DNA from: an uncultured Granulicella sp. | GTDB lineage: Bacteria; Acidobacteriota; Terriglobia; Terriglobales; Acidobacteriaceae | DNA: 64,000 nucleotides | Direction: 5' to 3' | Assembly: GCA_965225725.1 (NCBI GenBank) | Contig: CBDDBI010000010.1 | Span: forward strand, 169,229-233,228 | Shown: positions 51,074 to 60,160 of the stretch, one piece after another | How positions within the stretch are numbered: the first letter of the stretch is position 1 | How the letters are laid out: each line of letters starts with the position of its first letter | The notes under the pieces: generated by a model | Told to the model about the DNA's origin: nothing | Seen by the model: the letters and a program-made list of their open reading frames with translations, nothing else | The model's database searches: none | Made by a program: the position numbers and the translations under genes

Positions 51074-51880
51074 ATGGCGACAAGGACACAAATCGCGAAG
51101 GTGTATCCGGTGCAGGTGCTGCGGGAACACTGCACCGAGTTGGAGGCTGCGATCGAGCTGACGCTGGTGAAGCCACGACGGAAGCCGGTCCATGATCTCC
51201 GGACGAGCACCCGGCGCATCGAAGCTCAATTGGAGTTGTTGGATCTGCTCAAGGGAGACGAGCCGAAGCTTGCGGGGCTCGACGGGCGCGCGGCGAAGGT
51301 GCGGAAGCTACTGGGTGCGGTGCGCAAGGCCGCCGGCAAAGTGCGCGATCTGGATGTGCAGCGCGATCTGGTGCGCGACGCGCTGGATGCGGATTCCCCC
51401 AGGCAGATGAAGGCCGATGTGAAGCACCTGCGAACGACGTTAAAGGCCGAGCGCGTGGGCGAGGCGGCGGAGTTGCTGCGGGAACTCGGAGGCCATGCGC
51501 GGAAGCTGGGGCCGAAGCTCGAAAAGCTGCTGAAGCGGTTGGAGCCGGCCATGGGGCTGGGCGTGCCGGCGAGCAGGTTGCAGAAGCTGGTGCGCGGGTG
51601 GTACGAGCAGCAGATTGCAGGATTGGGCGACTCGCATGATGATCTGCACGGGATTCGCAAGGCAGCGAAGCTGGCCCGTTATATGGCGGAGTCCGGAAGC
51701 ATCGCGGCGGCGCAGGAGTTTGAGAACGTCCAGCAGATGGGTGGAGCGTGGCACGACAGCTTGACGCTGCGCGAGGTGGCGCATGATGAGCTGGGCAAAC
51801 GGTCGAAGCTGGTGGAGAAGTTCGCGCACCAGGAACGGGCTACGCTCGAGGACTTCCGCGCGACTTTGGGGCTGGAGTAA
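51074..51880 (+). CDS. CHAD domain protein
   Basis: VHDLRTSTRRIEA, GKVRDLDV, LHGIRKAAKLARY and GAWHD. Confidence 0.88.
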   Translation: MATRTQIAKVYPVQVLREHCTELEAAIELTLVKPRRKPVHDLRTSTRRIEAQLELLDLLKGDEPKLAGLDGRAAKVRKLLGAVRKAAGKVRDLDVQRDLVRDALDADSPRQMKADVKHLRTTLKAERVGEAAELLRELGGHARKLGPKLEKLLKRLEPAMGLGVPASRLQKLVRGWYEQQIAGLGDSHDDLHGIRKAAKLARYMAESGSIAAAQEFENVQQMGGAWHDSLTLREVAHDELGKRSKLVEKFAHQERATLEDFRATLGLE

Positions 51881-51886
51881 CGGAGA

Positions 51887-51914
51887 GCGCTCTCGCAAAG
51901 AGCGCGAAGGAAGC
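51887..51914. repeat. Family 3 repeat unit
   Basis: gcgctctcgcaaagagcgcgaaggaagc, nearly identical to the unit at 37102. Confidence 0.7.
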
Positions 51915-51933
51915 AAAGGTTCGCGAATGAGGG

Positions 51934-52254
51934 CTAGACGAGTTCGAGGGCGGCGCAGTGGAGGAAGAGCGCTTCGCGTTCGAGTTCTTCGAGGCTGAAG
52001 TGGATGCGGTCGAGGTTGTCTTCGCGAAGGTCTTCCACTTGCAGGCGCAGGAGCTGGTCGAAGCCGTCGCCGGTGGGGTTGAGCTCGAGGTTCTGGACGT
52101 CGCGGCAGAGGAGCGTCGCTGTGGGTGCGCCTTTGTGGCCGACGGTCAGCTTCAGGTCGTAGGTGCTGCCGGTTTTGCGGAGGTCGAAGGCGAGGAGCTC
52201 GGTGGCGCTCTTGAGCGCCTTGTTGATGGCGGCGAGATCAGGCGATTGGCTCAT
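51934..52254 (-). CDS. Hypothetical protein
   Basis: 106-aa ORF 12 nt downstream of pheS, host-like codons. Confidence 0.7.
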   Translation of the reverse strand: MSQSPDLAAINKALKSATELLAFDLRKTGSTYDLKLTVGHKGAPTATLLCRDVQNLELNPTGDGFDQLLRLQVEDLREDNLDRIHFSLEELEREALFLHCAALELV

Positions 52255-52266
52255 ATGAGGTAGATC

Positions 52267-53373
52267 CTAGGCGAACTGTTCCAGGAAGCGCAGATCACCG
52301 GAGTAGAAGTGGCCGATGTCTGAGACGCCGTGGAGAATCATGGCGATGCGCTCGACACCCATACCGAAGGCGAAGCCGCTGACGCGCGCGGGGTCGTAGG
52401 GGGCGGGGTCGAGCCCGAGCCGCCGGCGCTCTTCGGTAACCGCCTGGAAGACGGCGGGGTCGACCATTCCGCAGCCGAGGAGCTCGATCCAGCCGGAGTG
52501 CTTGCACTTGCGGCAGCCGGTGCCGCCGCAGAAGATGCAGGATATCTGCACGTCGGCGGAGGGTTCGGTGAACGGAAAGAAGCTGGGGAAGAAGCGGGTT
52601 TTCACATCGGCGCCGAAGAGCGCGCGCATCGCGTGGTCGAGCGTGCCTTTCAGGTCCGAGAAGGTGATGTCGGGGCCGACGCAGAGACCTTCCACCTGGT
52701 GAAAGATGGGAGAGTGCGTGGCGTCGGCGGCGTCGTTGCGGTGGACTTTGCCGGGGATGACGATGCGCAGCGGCGGCGCCTGCGCGACCATGGTGCGGAT
52801 CTGGACGGGGCTGGTGTGCGTGCGCATCAGCAGCCGGTCGCGGCTGGGTTTGGAGGATTGGCCGGCGATCTGGAGGGTGTCCTGGGTGTCGCGGGCGGGG
52901 TGGTTTTCCGGGAAGTTGAGCGCTTCGAAGTTGTAGAAATCGCTCTCGACCTGGGGGCCGAGCTCGGTCGAATAGCCAAGCTGGTGGAAGACCTCGACGA
53001 CGCGATCCATGGTGGTGAGCAGCGGGTGCGCGATGCCGGCCGGGCGGATGATGCCGGGGAGGGTGACGTCGAGCTGCGGGAACCTGGGCGCGGGTGCGGC
53101 TGCAGGGGCGTCGAGAACTTCTTCGATCTCTTGCTTGAGCTGGTTGAAGCGGATGCCGAGCGGCTTGCGCGCTTCGGCGGGCGCGGATTTAAGCCACGCA
53201 TCGGAGACGAGCTTGAGGCGGCCTTGCTTGCGGCCGAGCCAATGCAGGCGGAACGCTTCAGCGTCGCGCGCGGCCTCTGCGGTGGAGGCCTTCACTTCGA
53301 CCTCGAGGAGGGCGAAGGCGTGGTCGAGCGAAGGCTCGGAGTAGTCGGGCAGTTGCGGGATGGAATCGCTCAT
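52267..53373 (-). CDS. pheS: Phenylalanine--tRNA ligase alpha subunit
   Basis: NFEALNFPENHPARDTQDT, RTHTSPVQ, HSPIFHQVEG, FFPFTEPSAD and GFAFGMGVER. Confidence 0.97.
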   Translation of the reverse strand: MSDSIPQLPDYSEPSLDHAFALLEVEVKASTAEAARDAEAFRLHWLGRKQGRLKLVSDAWLKSAPAEARKPLGIRFNQLKQEIEEVLDAPAAAPAPRFPQLDVTLPGIIRPAGIAHPLLTTMDRVVEVFHQLGYSTELGPQVESDFYNFEALNFPENHPARDTQDTLQIAGQSSKPSRDRLLMRTHTSPVQIRTMVAQAPPLRIVIPGKVHRNDAADATHSPIFHQVEGLCVGPDITFSDLKGTLDHAMRALFGADVKTRFFPSFFPFTEPSADVQISCIFCGGTGCRKCKHSGWIELLGCGMVDPAVFQAVTEERRRLGLDPAPYDPARVSGFAFGMGVERIAMILHGVSDIGHFYSGDLRFLEQFA

Positions 53374-53421
53374 CGTGTCCTATCCAGCGTAAACGATGGA
53401 GCCCGTGGGCGTTTGCGGCGG

Positions 53422-54555
53422 CTAGGCGATGGCGACCGGTTTCTGCTCGGGCTCGGCGTAGACGAACCGTCCACGGCCGCTCTGCTTGGCCTGGTAGAGG
53501 GCATCGTCGGCGCGCTTGAGCAGGTGTGCGGAGTCAACTTCGCCCGGCGATGGCAGCGAGATACCGACACTGGCGCCGACCGTGACGCGGTGATTGCTGA
53601 CGTGGAAGGGCTTGCCGAGCGTGTAGGTGATGCGCTCGGCAAGAGTTTCCGCGTTGCTGCGCTGGGTAACCGGCAGTTGCAGGACTGCAAATTCGTCCCC
53701 GCCGAGCCGCGCCACGATGTCTTTGGCGCGGACGATGGAGACGAGCCGCTCGCCGACCTGGTGGAGGAGTTGATCGCCGACCGCATGGCCGTACGCGTCG
53801 TTGACCGGCTTGAAGGCGTCGAGATCGATAAAGAGGATGGCGAACGTGACGCCCTCGTCGCACAGGCTATCGAGTGCCGCGCAGAAGCCGCGACGGTTCA
53901 GGAGGCCGGTCAGCGGATCCCGTTCCGACAACGTGCGGAGCTTGCGCTGGATGCGGATCTGCTCGACGACGATATCGAACTTCTCCTGCACAGCCCGGCA
54001 GTGCGCGATGGCGAACATGGCGAGCATGGCCTCTGCAGTGAGGGCGATGATGTCCTGCGGATTCCATAGGCAGACGGCCAGCACACAGAGCATCACCACG
54101 CCGTGCAGCTTCGCTGTCCTCGGGCTGGCACTGATGCGCCCGCTGATGCCGTTGCAGAGGATGAAGATGCCAAGCATGCAGAGCATCTCCACCGGTTGGC
54201 GATGGAGGTGGAAGTTCCAGACCGTAGTGGCTGCCAGGCCGCTGAAGTAGGAGAGCAGGACGGCGTTGAAGACGTGCTGGCGCGGCTTGCTCGCGAGGAA
54301 GAGCTTGCGGTAGGCGGCCGATCGCTCCAGCCGCAGAACGACAAAGACGCGGATTGCGGCGAGCAGCGTGAGCAGGACGGCGATCACGCCAACCACGCGA
54401 TCTTGGTAGTGGATCGCTACGACGACCGTCGCGCCCACCATGCCGATGGCTCCGAGGAGCACGGTGTGGACCAGGCCGCGGAGGGACATCTCGGTTAACT
54501 CCGCGCGGACATCTTCGTAACCGCGCGGGTCCATTCGGTTGGGTGCGGACTCCAT
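53422..54555 (-). CDS. Membrane-anchored diguanylate cyclase
   Basis: About six TM helices; DPLTGLLNR, DLDAFKPVNDAYGHAVGD and RLGGDEF. Confidence 0.92.
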   Translation of the reverse strand: MESAPNRMDPRGYEDVRAELTEMSLRGLVHTVLLGAIGMVGATVVVAIHYQDRVVGVIAVLLTLLAAIRVFVVLRLERSAAYRKLFLASKPRQHVFNAVLLSYFSGLAATTVWNFHLHRQPVEMLCMLGIFILCNGISGRISASPRTAKLHGVVMLCVLAVCLWNPQDIIALTAEAMLAMFAIAHCRAVQEKFDIVVEQIRIQRKLRTLSERDPLTGLLNRRGFCAALDSLCDEGVTFAILFIDLDAFKPVNDAYGHAVGDQLLHQVGERLVSIVRAKDIVARLGGDEFAVLQLPVTQRSNAETLAERITYTLGKPFHVSNHRVTVGASVGISLPSPGEVDSAHLLKRADDALYQAKQSGRGRFVYAEPEQKPVAIA

Positions 54556-54635
54556 GACTGGAGTAGGTATCGGCTAATTGCGCAGGGAACTTCGGCCGTG
54601 TACCAGGACCGGCGGCCCATGAGGCAGGAGAGTGG

Positions 54636-56144
54636 TTATATGGCGGAGGCGACAACAAGGGCGACGACGACGCCGAGGAGCAGAGACCGCTTGTCGGTGA
54701 TGGCGTAGACGACCGGGTCTTCGTTGAGCTCGCCGCGGCTGGCGAGCAGCCAAAGCTGCATGACCCACAGGAGGAAGACGGGGAGCAGGAACCAGAGGCG
54801 GCCCGCGTGATGGTAAAGCCGCGTGTCCAGGCTGGAGATGTAGAGCATGAGCACGACGACCGAGGCGTATGCGGCGGAGGTCCCGAAGCTGCGGAGTTGC
54901 TCGATATCCGAGAGCAGGTAGCCGCGACCGTTGGATGGGGCTTTGTCGCGCAGGCGCAGACTTTCGAGCTCCGCGAAACGCTTGACGAAGGCAAGCGAAA
55001 GGAAGAAGAAGATGGAAAAGCCGCCCAGCCAGTTCGAGACTGGTACGCCGCTGGCCGCGGAGCCGGCGAAGATGCGGATGGTGTAGAGCAGCGAAAGCAC
55101 AATGACGTCCACCAGCACGACGCGCTTGAGGGCGAACGAGTACGCGGTCGTGGTGACGGCGTAGATGAGCAGCCAGGCGACGGGGCTCCACCAGTGCAGG
55201 AGCGGGGAGCCGGTGAGCGCGACAATGCGCGGCAGCGCAAGCATGAGCACGAGCGAGATGGCCAGGAATGTGACGAGAACCATGACGCCGGAGATGGCGG
55301 AGAGATTGCCGGCGGCGAAGGGCCGTCGCTGTTTGGAATGGTGGCGGCGGTCGGCCTCGATATCCAGCAAATCGTTAACGATGTACGTCGCGGAGGCGCA
55401 GAGGCCGAAGGCGAAGAACGCAATCACTGCGCCGAGTATCGGGCCGGCCGGGTGGGCCGCGTGCCAGACGTGCGCGAGAAGCAGCGGAAGAAAGATGAGA
55501 GCATTTTTCGCCCACTGGTGCAGGCGGATCGCCTTGAGCCACGCCTTGTGCGTGGGAACGCCGTCGCGGAAGATGTGAGCGGGGGTGACCTTAGCGGCGC
55601 GCAGGCCGCTCATCAGCGCGGCGTCGGGGTTGGCAACCATGGGTTCCAGGCAGCCAACCAGGATGGGGATATCCGGGCGCGCGTTGCCGATGTAGGAGAA
55701 GCGCTCGCCGAAGAGCGCGCGGAAGGCCTGCAGCTTGTTGTTGCCGGCCAGGTTGTTGGCTCCATCAGACGCGAGAACGCCCTTGAAGATGGGGTGATGC
55801 TCGGCGATGCGGTCAGCGAGCGAGCGGTCGGCGGCGGTCGCGAGGTAGATTTCGCGGCCCTGGGCGTGCTGGTGAAAGAGAAATTCGAGCAGCGGCTTGT
55901 TGTACGGGAGCACGGCGACGTCAATGGTTACGGCGGAGGTAACATGCTGCTTGAACTTTGCCTTACCCTGTGAGAGCCAGCCAGGGATGGAGAGGAGCGC
56001 TCGAGGGTTCTGGCGGACGAGCGCGAGCACGGAATCCACGAGGGTGTCGGATTTCACGAGCGTGCCGTCGAGGTCCACGCACAGCGGCAGGGTCTTCACG
56101 GGCGTGGACACCGAGGGATCGAGCGACTGGGAGATTGAGGACAC
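54636..56144 (-). CDS. HAD-phosphatase/UbiA prenyltransferase fusion (DPPR synthase-like)
   Basis: N-terminal DLDGTL (HAD motif I); LHQWAKN, NDLLDIEADRRH..K.RRP, YSFALKR, KRFAE and DDP-like NEDPV. Confidence 0.88.
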   Translation of the reverse strand: MSSISQSLDPSVSTPVKTLPLCVDLDGTLVKSDTLVDSVLALVRQNPRALLSIPGWLSQGKAKFKQHVTSAVTIDVAVLPYNKPLLEFLFHQHAQGREIYLATAADRSLADRIAEHHPIFKGVLASDGANNLAGNNKLQAFRALFGERFSYIGNARPDIPILVGCLEPMVANPDAALMSGLRAAKVTPAHIFRDGVPTHKAWLKAIRLHQWAKNALIFLPLLLAHVWHAAHPAGPILGAVIAFFAFGLCASATYIVNDLLDIEADRRHHSKQRRPFAAGNLSAISGVMVLVTFLAISLVLMLALPRIVALTGSPLLHWWSPVAWLLIYAVTTTAYSFALKRVVLVDVIVLSLLYTIRIFAGSAASGVPVSNWLGGFSIFFFLSLAFVKRFAELESLRLRDKAPSNGRGYLLSDIEQLRSFGTSAAYASVVVLMLYISSLDTRLYHHAGRLWFLLPVFLLWVMQLWLLASRGELNEDPVVYAITDKRSLLLGVVVALVVASAI

Positions 56145-56243
56145 CGGCGGAGCTCCAGGAGAGATTTAATTCCTTCGGGCACAACTCACCCTACCCTTGG
56201 CCGCGGGAAGGTGAGTGTAGGAAAAGCTTACACGCCTTTGATG

Positions 56244-56277
56244 AAACGTTCCGCGTTTAGGTAACCGCGGAACGTTT
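56244..56277 (-). terminator. Hairpin downstream of glgP, probable terminator
   Basis: 12-bp stem aaacgttccgcg / cgcggaacgttt. Confidence 0.6.
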
Positions 56278-56405
56278 ATTTGGCCTCGATCGGATCTTCC
56301 GGCGGAAGCTGCTGCCTCCAGCGTAACCAGAAGGCGGCGGCCCGGAACCAGCGACCAACAGGCGCTCCCTGCTGAAGTGGAGAGACTCTGTGCGGAGGTA
56401 TCTGC

Positions 56406-58217
56406 TTACTTCGTGCCCACCAACTGCGCGGGCATGGGTACGACGACTTCGGATGATTTCTCGGTTTCGGGCGTGGCGTCGGTAACGGGCGCCTGCGGGA
56501 AGTATGCGTTTGAAAAGTACTGGCCCAGCATGCGGTCCGTGTTGAAAAAGCTGCCATTCATCGCGATGCAATGCTGCTGCATGCGCGCCCAGGCGTTGGG
56601 CCGGGCGTAGAGCGGGGCAATGCGGTTTTCAAGCTTGTCGTAAAGGCTCTGCGCTTCGGCGGCATCGCTGTCGCCGTCGTCGATGGCCCAGCCGGTCACG
56701 TCTTCGGCGCAACCCTCAATCCACCAGCCGTCGAGAATCGACAGGCTCGGCACACCGTTCAGCGCGGCCTTCATGCCGCTGGTGCCGGACGCCTCGTACG
56801 GGCGGCGCGGGGTGTTGATCCAGACGTCAACGCCCTGGGTGAGGATGGCGCCGAGTTCCCAGTCATAGTTCTCGAGGTAGATAATGCGCAGCGAGCCGGT
56901 GGAGATCTTGCCAGCGATCTCAAAGACCTCCTGGATGAGGCCCTTGCCGGGGATGTCCGCGGGATGGGCTTTGCCCGCGAAGACGATCTGCAGGCCGCCG
57001 ATCTTCTTGGCGATCTTGGCGAGACGCTTGGGGTCTTCGAGCAGCAGGTTGGCGCGCTTGTAGGTGGCGACGCGGCGCGCGAAGCCGAGGGTGAGTACGC
57101 TCTCGTTCAGCGCCTCGCCGGTGCGCGCGGCGACGGTTTCGACCAGCTTGCGCTTGCCCACGCGGTGCGCGTTGGCGATGCGGCTTGGCTTGATGCCGTA
57201 AACAGAGCGGAAGTACTGGTTGTCATGTCGCCAGCGCGGCATCTCCGCGTCGAACAGGCGCTGCAGCGGCTTGGCGACCCAGGTGCCGGCGTGCACGCCA
57301 TTGGTCACGGATTCGACGTGATAGTCCGGGAACATCTGCTGCGAGACCTTGCCGTGCTGCATGGCGACGCCGTTCACCCAGCGCGAGAATCGCAGGGCGA
57401 TGTACGTCATGTTCATCAGGTTGTTATGCAGGCCGCCAAAGCGCTCGATGGTTTGCGCGCGGTCGTTGCCGAGCACGGCGTACATCTGGTCAAGGCCGAA
57501 CTGGTCGTGCCCGGCAGGCACCGGCGTGTGGGTGGTGAAGACGCACTGCTGGGCGACAGCGAGGCGGTCCTCTTCGGTGCAGGCAGCGAGCGTCTTGCCG
57601 GGCTCCAGGCGGTCTTCGAGCAGGCCGATGGCGAGCAGCGCGGCATGGCCTTCGTTCATGTGATAAACCCACGGCATGCAGCCAAGCTTGTGCAGCAACT
57701 TGACCCCGGCGAGCCCGAGAACAGTCTCCTGGCAGAGGCGATAGTAGGTGTCGCCGCCGTAGAGCTTATCGGTAAGGCGGCGGTCGTAGGGGTCGTTGCC
57801 TTCAAGGTCGCAGTCCAGCAGGAAGACGGGGATGATGTGGCCGGCGACGCCGACGACGTCGAAGCGCCAGGCGCAGACCTTGATCTCGCGGCCCTGCATG
57901 GTGAGGGTGAGGGTCTCGCCGGCGGAGGGTAGCTTCTCCGGATTCCAGCACACGTCGGTCTCAGACTGCTTGCCGCCCGCATCCAGATGCTGCTCGAAGT
58001 AGCCTTTCCGATGGCAAAGCGACACCGCGACCATCGGCGCGCCGGTATCGGCCGCAGAGCGCAGGGTATCGCCGGCCAGCACACCCAGGCCGCCCGAGTA
58101 GGTGGGAATGGCCGGGTCGAGCGCGATCTCCATGGAGAAGTAGGCGATGGTGCGTGCGCTCAGGTCGAAGGCAGGCTTGGTTTCCGTGGTCGTTACGTTT
58201 TGCGTCTCGGTGCTCAT
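56406..58217 (-). CDS. glgP: Alpha-glucan (glycogen/maltodextrin) phosphorylase
   Basis: YFSMEI, YSGGLGVLAGD, HMNEGHA, FTTHTP, FARRVATYKR, EASGTSGMK (PLP Lys) and LDGWW; SD gaggag before ATG 58217. Confidence 0.93.
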   Translation of the reverse strand: MSTETQNVTTTETKPAFDLSARTIAYFSMEIALDPAIPTYSGGLGVLAGDTLRSAADTGAPMVAVSLCHRKGYFEQHLDAGGKQSETDVCWNPEKLPSAGETLTLTMQGREIKVCAWRFDVVGVAGHIIPVFLLDCDLEGNDPYDRRLTDKLYGGDTYYRLCQETVLGLAGVKLLHKLGCMPWVYHMNEGHAALLAIGLLEDRLEPGKTLAACTEEDRLAVAQQCVFTTHTPVPAGHDQFGLDQMYAVLGNDRAQTIERFGGLHNNLMNMTYIALRFSRWVNGVAMQHGKVSQQMFPDYHVESVTNGVHAGTWVAKPLQRLFDAEMPRWRHDNQYFRSVYGIKPSRIANAHRVGKRKLVETVAARTGEALNESVLTLGFARRVATYKRANLLLEDPKRLAKIAKKIGGLQIVFAGKAHPADIPGKGLIQEVFEIAGKISTGSLRIIYLENYDWELGAILTQGVDVWINTPRRPYEASGTSGMKAALNGVPSLSILDGWWIEGCAEDVTGWAIDDGDSDAAEAQSLYDKLENRIAPLYARPNAWARMQQHCIAMNGSFFNTDRMLGQYFSNAYFPQAPVTDATPETEKSSEVVVPMPAQLVGTK

Positions 58218-58448
58218 GGTGCCAATCTCCTCAGTCGCCATCCAGCCCCGTCCCGGCTGCTGGCTTCTCTTGCTGTGCCGGCCTGCCGAACGCTGGATCG
58301 GCAGAACCCCATCTGAACCACCGCAATGTCCCGATACCCTAGAGACTATCAAACCCGATCCCGGCAAATAGCTGGTCGGAGCCTGACTTTTGTGCAATCC
58401 ACACCACACATTGGTTCTATGGAATGGCCAATTGGCTGGATTGCTGGC

Positions 58449-59783
58449 TTATGCGGCGGCGAGAAGGAGTTCGAAGATTCGGTGAATCCACTCGCGGTGT
58501 TCCCATTTCATCAACACGGAGCGCAGGCAGGTGACGGAGTTGGCGGCGGAGGCGGATCCAGCCGGCCAGGTCTCAGGCGCAAAGAGTGCCGCCGGCAGCT
58601 TCGCCAGGGCGAGGTGCAGACCGAACTCCGCGGCGCGATCGAAGGCGCGCTGCGCGGCGGCAGAACTTTCCTCGATGGTAGCGCCGGCGCAGGCCCAGAT
58701 GACGATATCGAGCTGCGGCGGCGCGGATGGAACGAGGAATTTGGCGGAATCGCTGAGCAGTCGGTAAAACTCCGTTGCGGCCAAGTGACAGCCTCCGAGA
58801 GCTTGCGCGAACTCTCCGTCACGGGTGAGTGGCAGCAGCCGCTGCGTGCTCCAGAGCGCGACGGCGGCGGCGCCGGCACGCGAGCACTCAAGCGTGATCT
58901 CGCCCAGGTGGAGTTCGCCCGAGGTGAAGTAGGTGTAGGGTGAATCGTGTTTGTAGAACCGGCCGACTGCGGGATCGGCGAAGAGGACGCAGCCGCAGCC
59001 ATAGGGCTGGAGGCCGTGCTTGTGCGGATCCACGACGATGGAATCAGCTTGAGAGATGGCCGCATAGGCCGCGGATGCCTCGGCCGAGAGGTTGCTGGCG
59101 AGCGCGAAGTAGCCGCCGTAGGCTGCGTCGACGTGGACGCGGAAGCTGTACTTCTCGCGCAGCTTCAAGATTTGGTCGACCGGATCGACCGCACCGGTCG
59201 CCGTGGTGCCGAGGGTGACGACGACCGTGCCGACGTCTCCTCGCTTCAGCTCCTGTTCGAGCGCCTCAATCGACATGCAGTTGCGTGAGTCCACGGCGAC
59301 CGGGCGAAAACCGAGCCCGAGAACGCCGGTAATCCGGGAGTGGGTGTAGTGGGCCTGCGACGAGGCGAGCACGACTTTGCCCGGGGCAAGCTGCCCGGCG
59401 ACCCAGAGCGCTTCCAGGTTGGCGAAGGTTCCGCCGCTGGTAAGGTGGCCGAGATGCTGCTTGAACCCGAACATGGCAGCTATCTCGGCAACGGCTTCGA
59501 TCTCCATCGCCGAGCTGGCGCGGCCGCCGTCGAGCGCGTGGTTGTTGGGATTGACCGCCATCGCCATCGCGTACGCAGCGCGGGCGACGACATGCGGCGG
59601 CTTCAGCATCTGCCCCGCGTAGAGAGGGCTGGCGTAGGGGTAGTTGTCGCCCATGCGGCGGGCCGCTTCGTAGAGCACCGCCGAAGCGCCGTCGGGGATG
59701 GCTGCAGGCGGAGCTCCAAGTACGCTATCCAGCTCCGCCTGCGCGCCCTGGAGAAGCTGGAGGAAGGCCTCAGAAGAGGTCAT
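58449..59783 (-). CDS. PLP-dependent group II decarboxylase
   Basis: TSGGTFANL, AHY, GTTATGAVDP, HVDAAYGG and DPHK (PLP Lys). Confidence 0.88.
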   Translation of the reverse strand: MTSSEAFLQLLQGAQAELDSVLGAPPAAIPDGASAVLYEAARRMGDNYPYASPLYAGQMLKPPHVVARAAYAMAMAVNPNNHALDGGRASSAMEIEAVAEIAAMFGFKQHLGHLTSGGTFANLEALWVAGQLAPGKVVLASSQAHYTHSRITGVLGLGFRPVAVDSRNCMSIEALEQELKRGDVGTVVVTLGTTATGAVDPVDQILKLREKYSFRVHVDAAYGGYFALASNLSAEASAAYAAISQADSIVVDPHKHGLQPYGCGCVLFADPAVGRFYKHDSPYTYFTSGELHLGEITLECSRAGAAAVALWSTQRLLPLTRDGEFAQALGGCHLAATEFYRLLSDSAKFLVPSAPPQLDIVIWACAGATIEESSAAAQRAFDRAAEFGLHLALAKLPAALFAPETWPAGSASAANSVTCLRSVLMKWEHREWIHRIFELLLAAA

Positions 59784-60085
59784 GCGTTATTCCACCAACC
59801 CCACTTCGACCAAATGCCGAAGGCAAGCACGAGAAGAAATGCCGCGGTGGTGAGGATACCGGACGTCCGAATGCGCTTTCGAGCCGCTTCCACCGCAAGG
59901 ATGACGAGATAGATAAGGAGCATAAGAAGCAGGCCTTCAGGCGAGAAGTAGCGGGTGGACGTGAGCGCAGGGTGCGAGAGAAACCACCGCAGATGGAGAG
60001 GATCAAAGAGCGCGATTACCGGAGTCAGCGCGAAGAGTGCGGCGAAGACGAGCAGTTGCACGAGAAAGATAAGCGCATTTTTCAT
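59780..60085 (-). CDS. Small membrane protein
   Basis: Three hydrophobic segments; ATGA overlap with the decarboxylase. Confidence 0.7.
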   Translation of the reverse strand: MKNALIFLVQLLVFAALFALTPVIALFDPLHLRWFLSHPALTSTRYFSPEGLLLMLLIYLVILAVEAARKRIRTSGILTTAAFLLVLAFGIWSKWGWWNNA

Positions 60086-60160
60086 AGCTGGAAGAACTCC
60101 CATCAAGTTTACTCGAGGCGTACGTTGGCGCATGCCAGGTACAGGCGGCAGAACCGGCCA

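Noticed and set aside
53374-53421. pheM attenuator or T-box upstream of pheS
   Set aside because: Only 48 nt separate pheS from the upstream gene; no Phe-rich leader peptide or T-box.
56276-56405. Small ORF between glgP and its terminator
   Set aside because: No independent start or SD, no motif, and it is an extension of a frame overlapping glgP.
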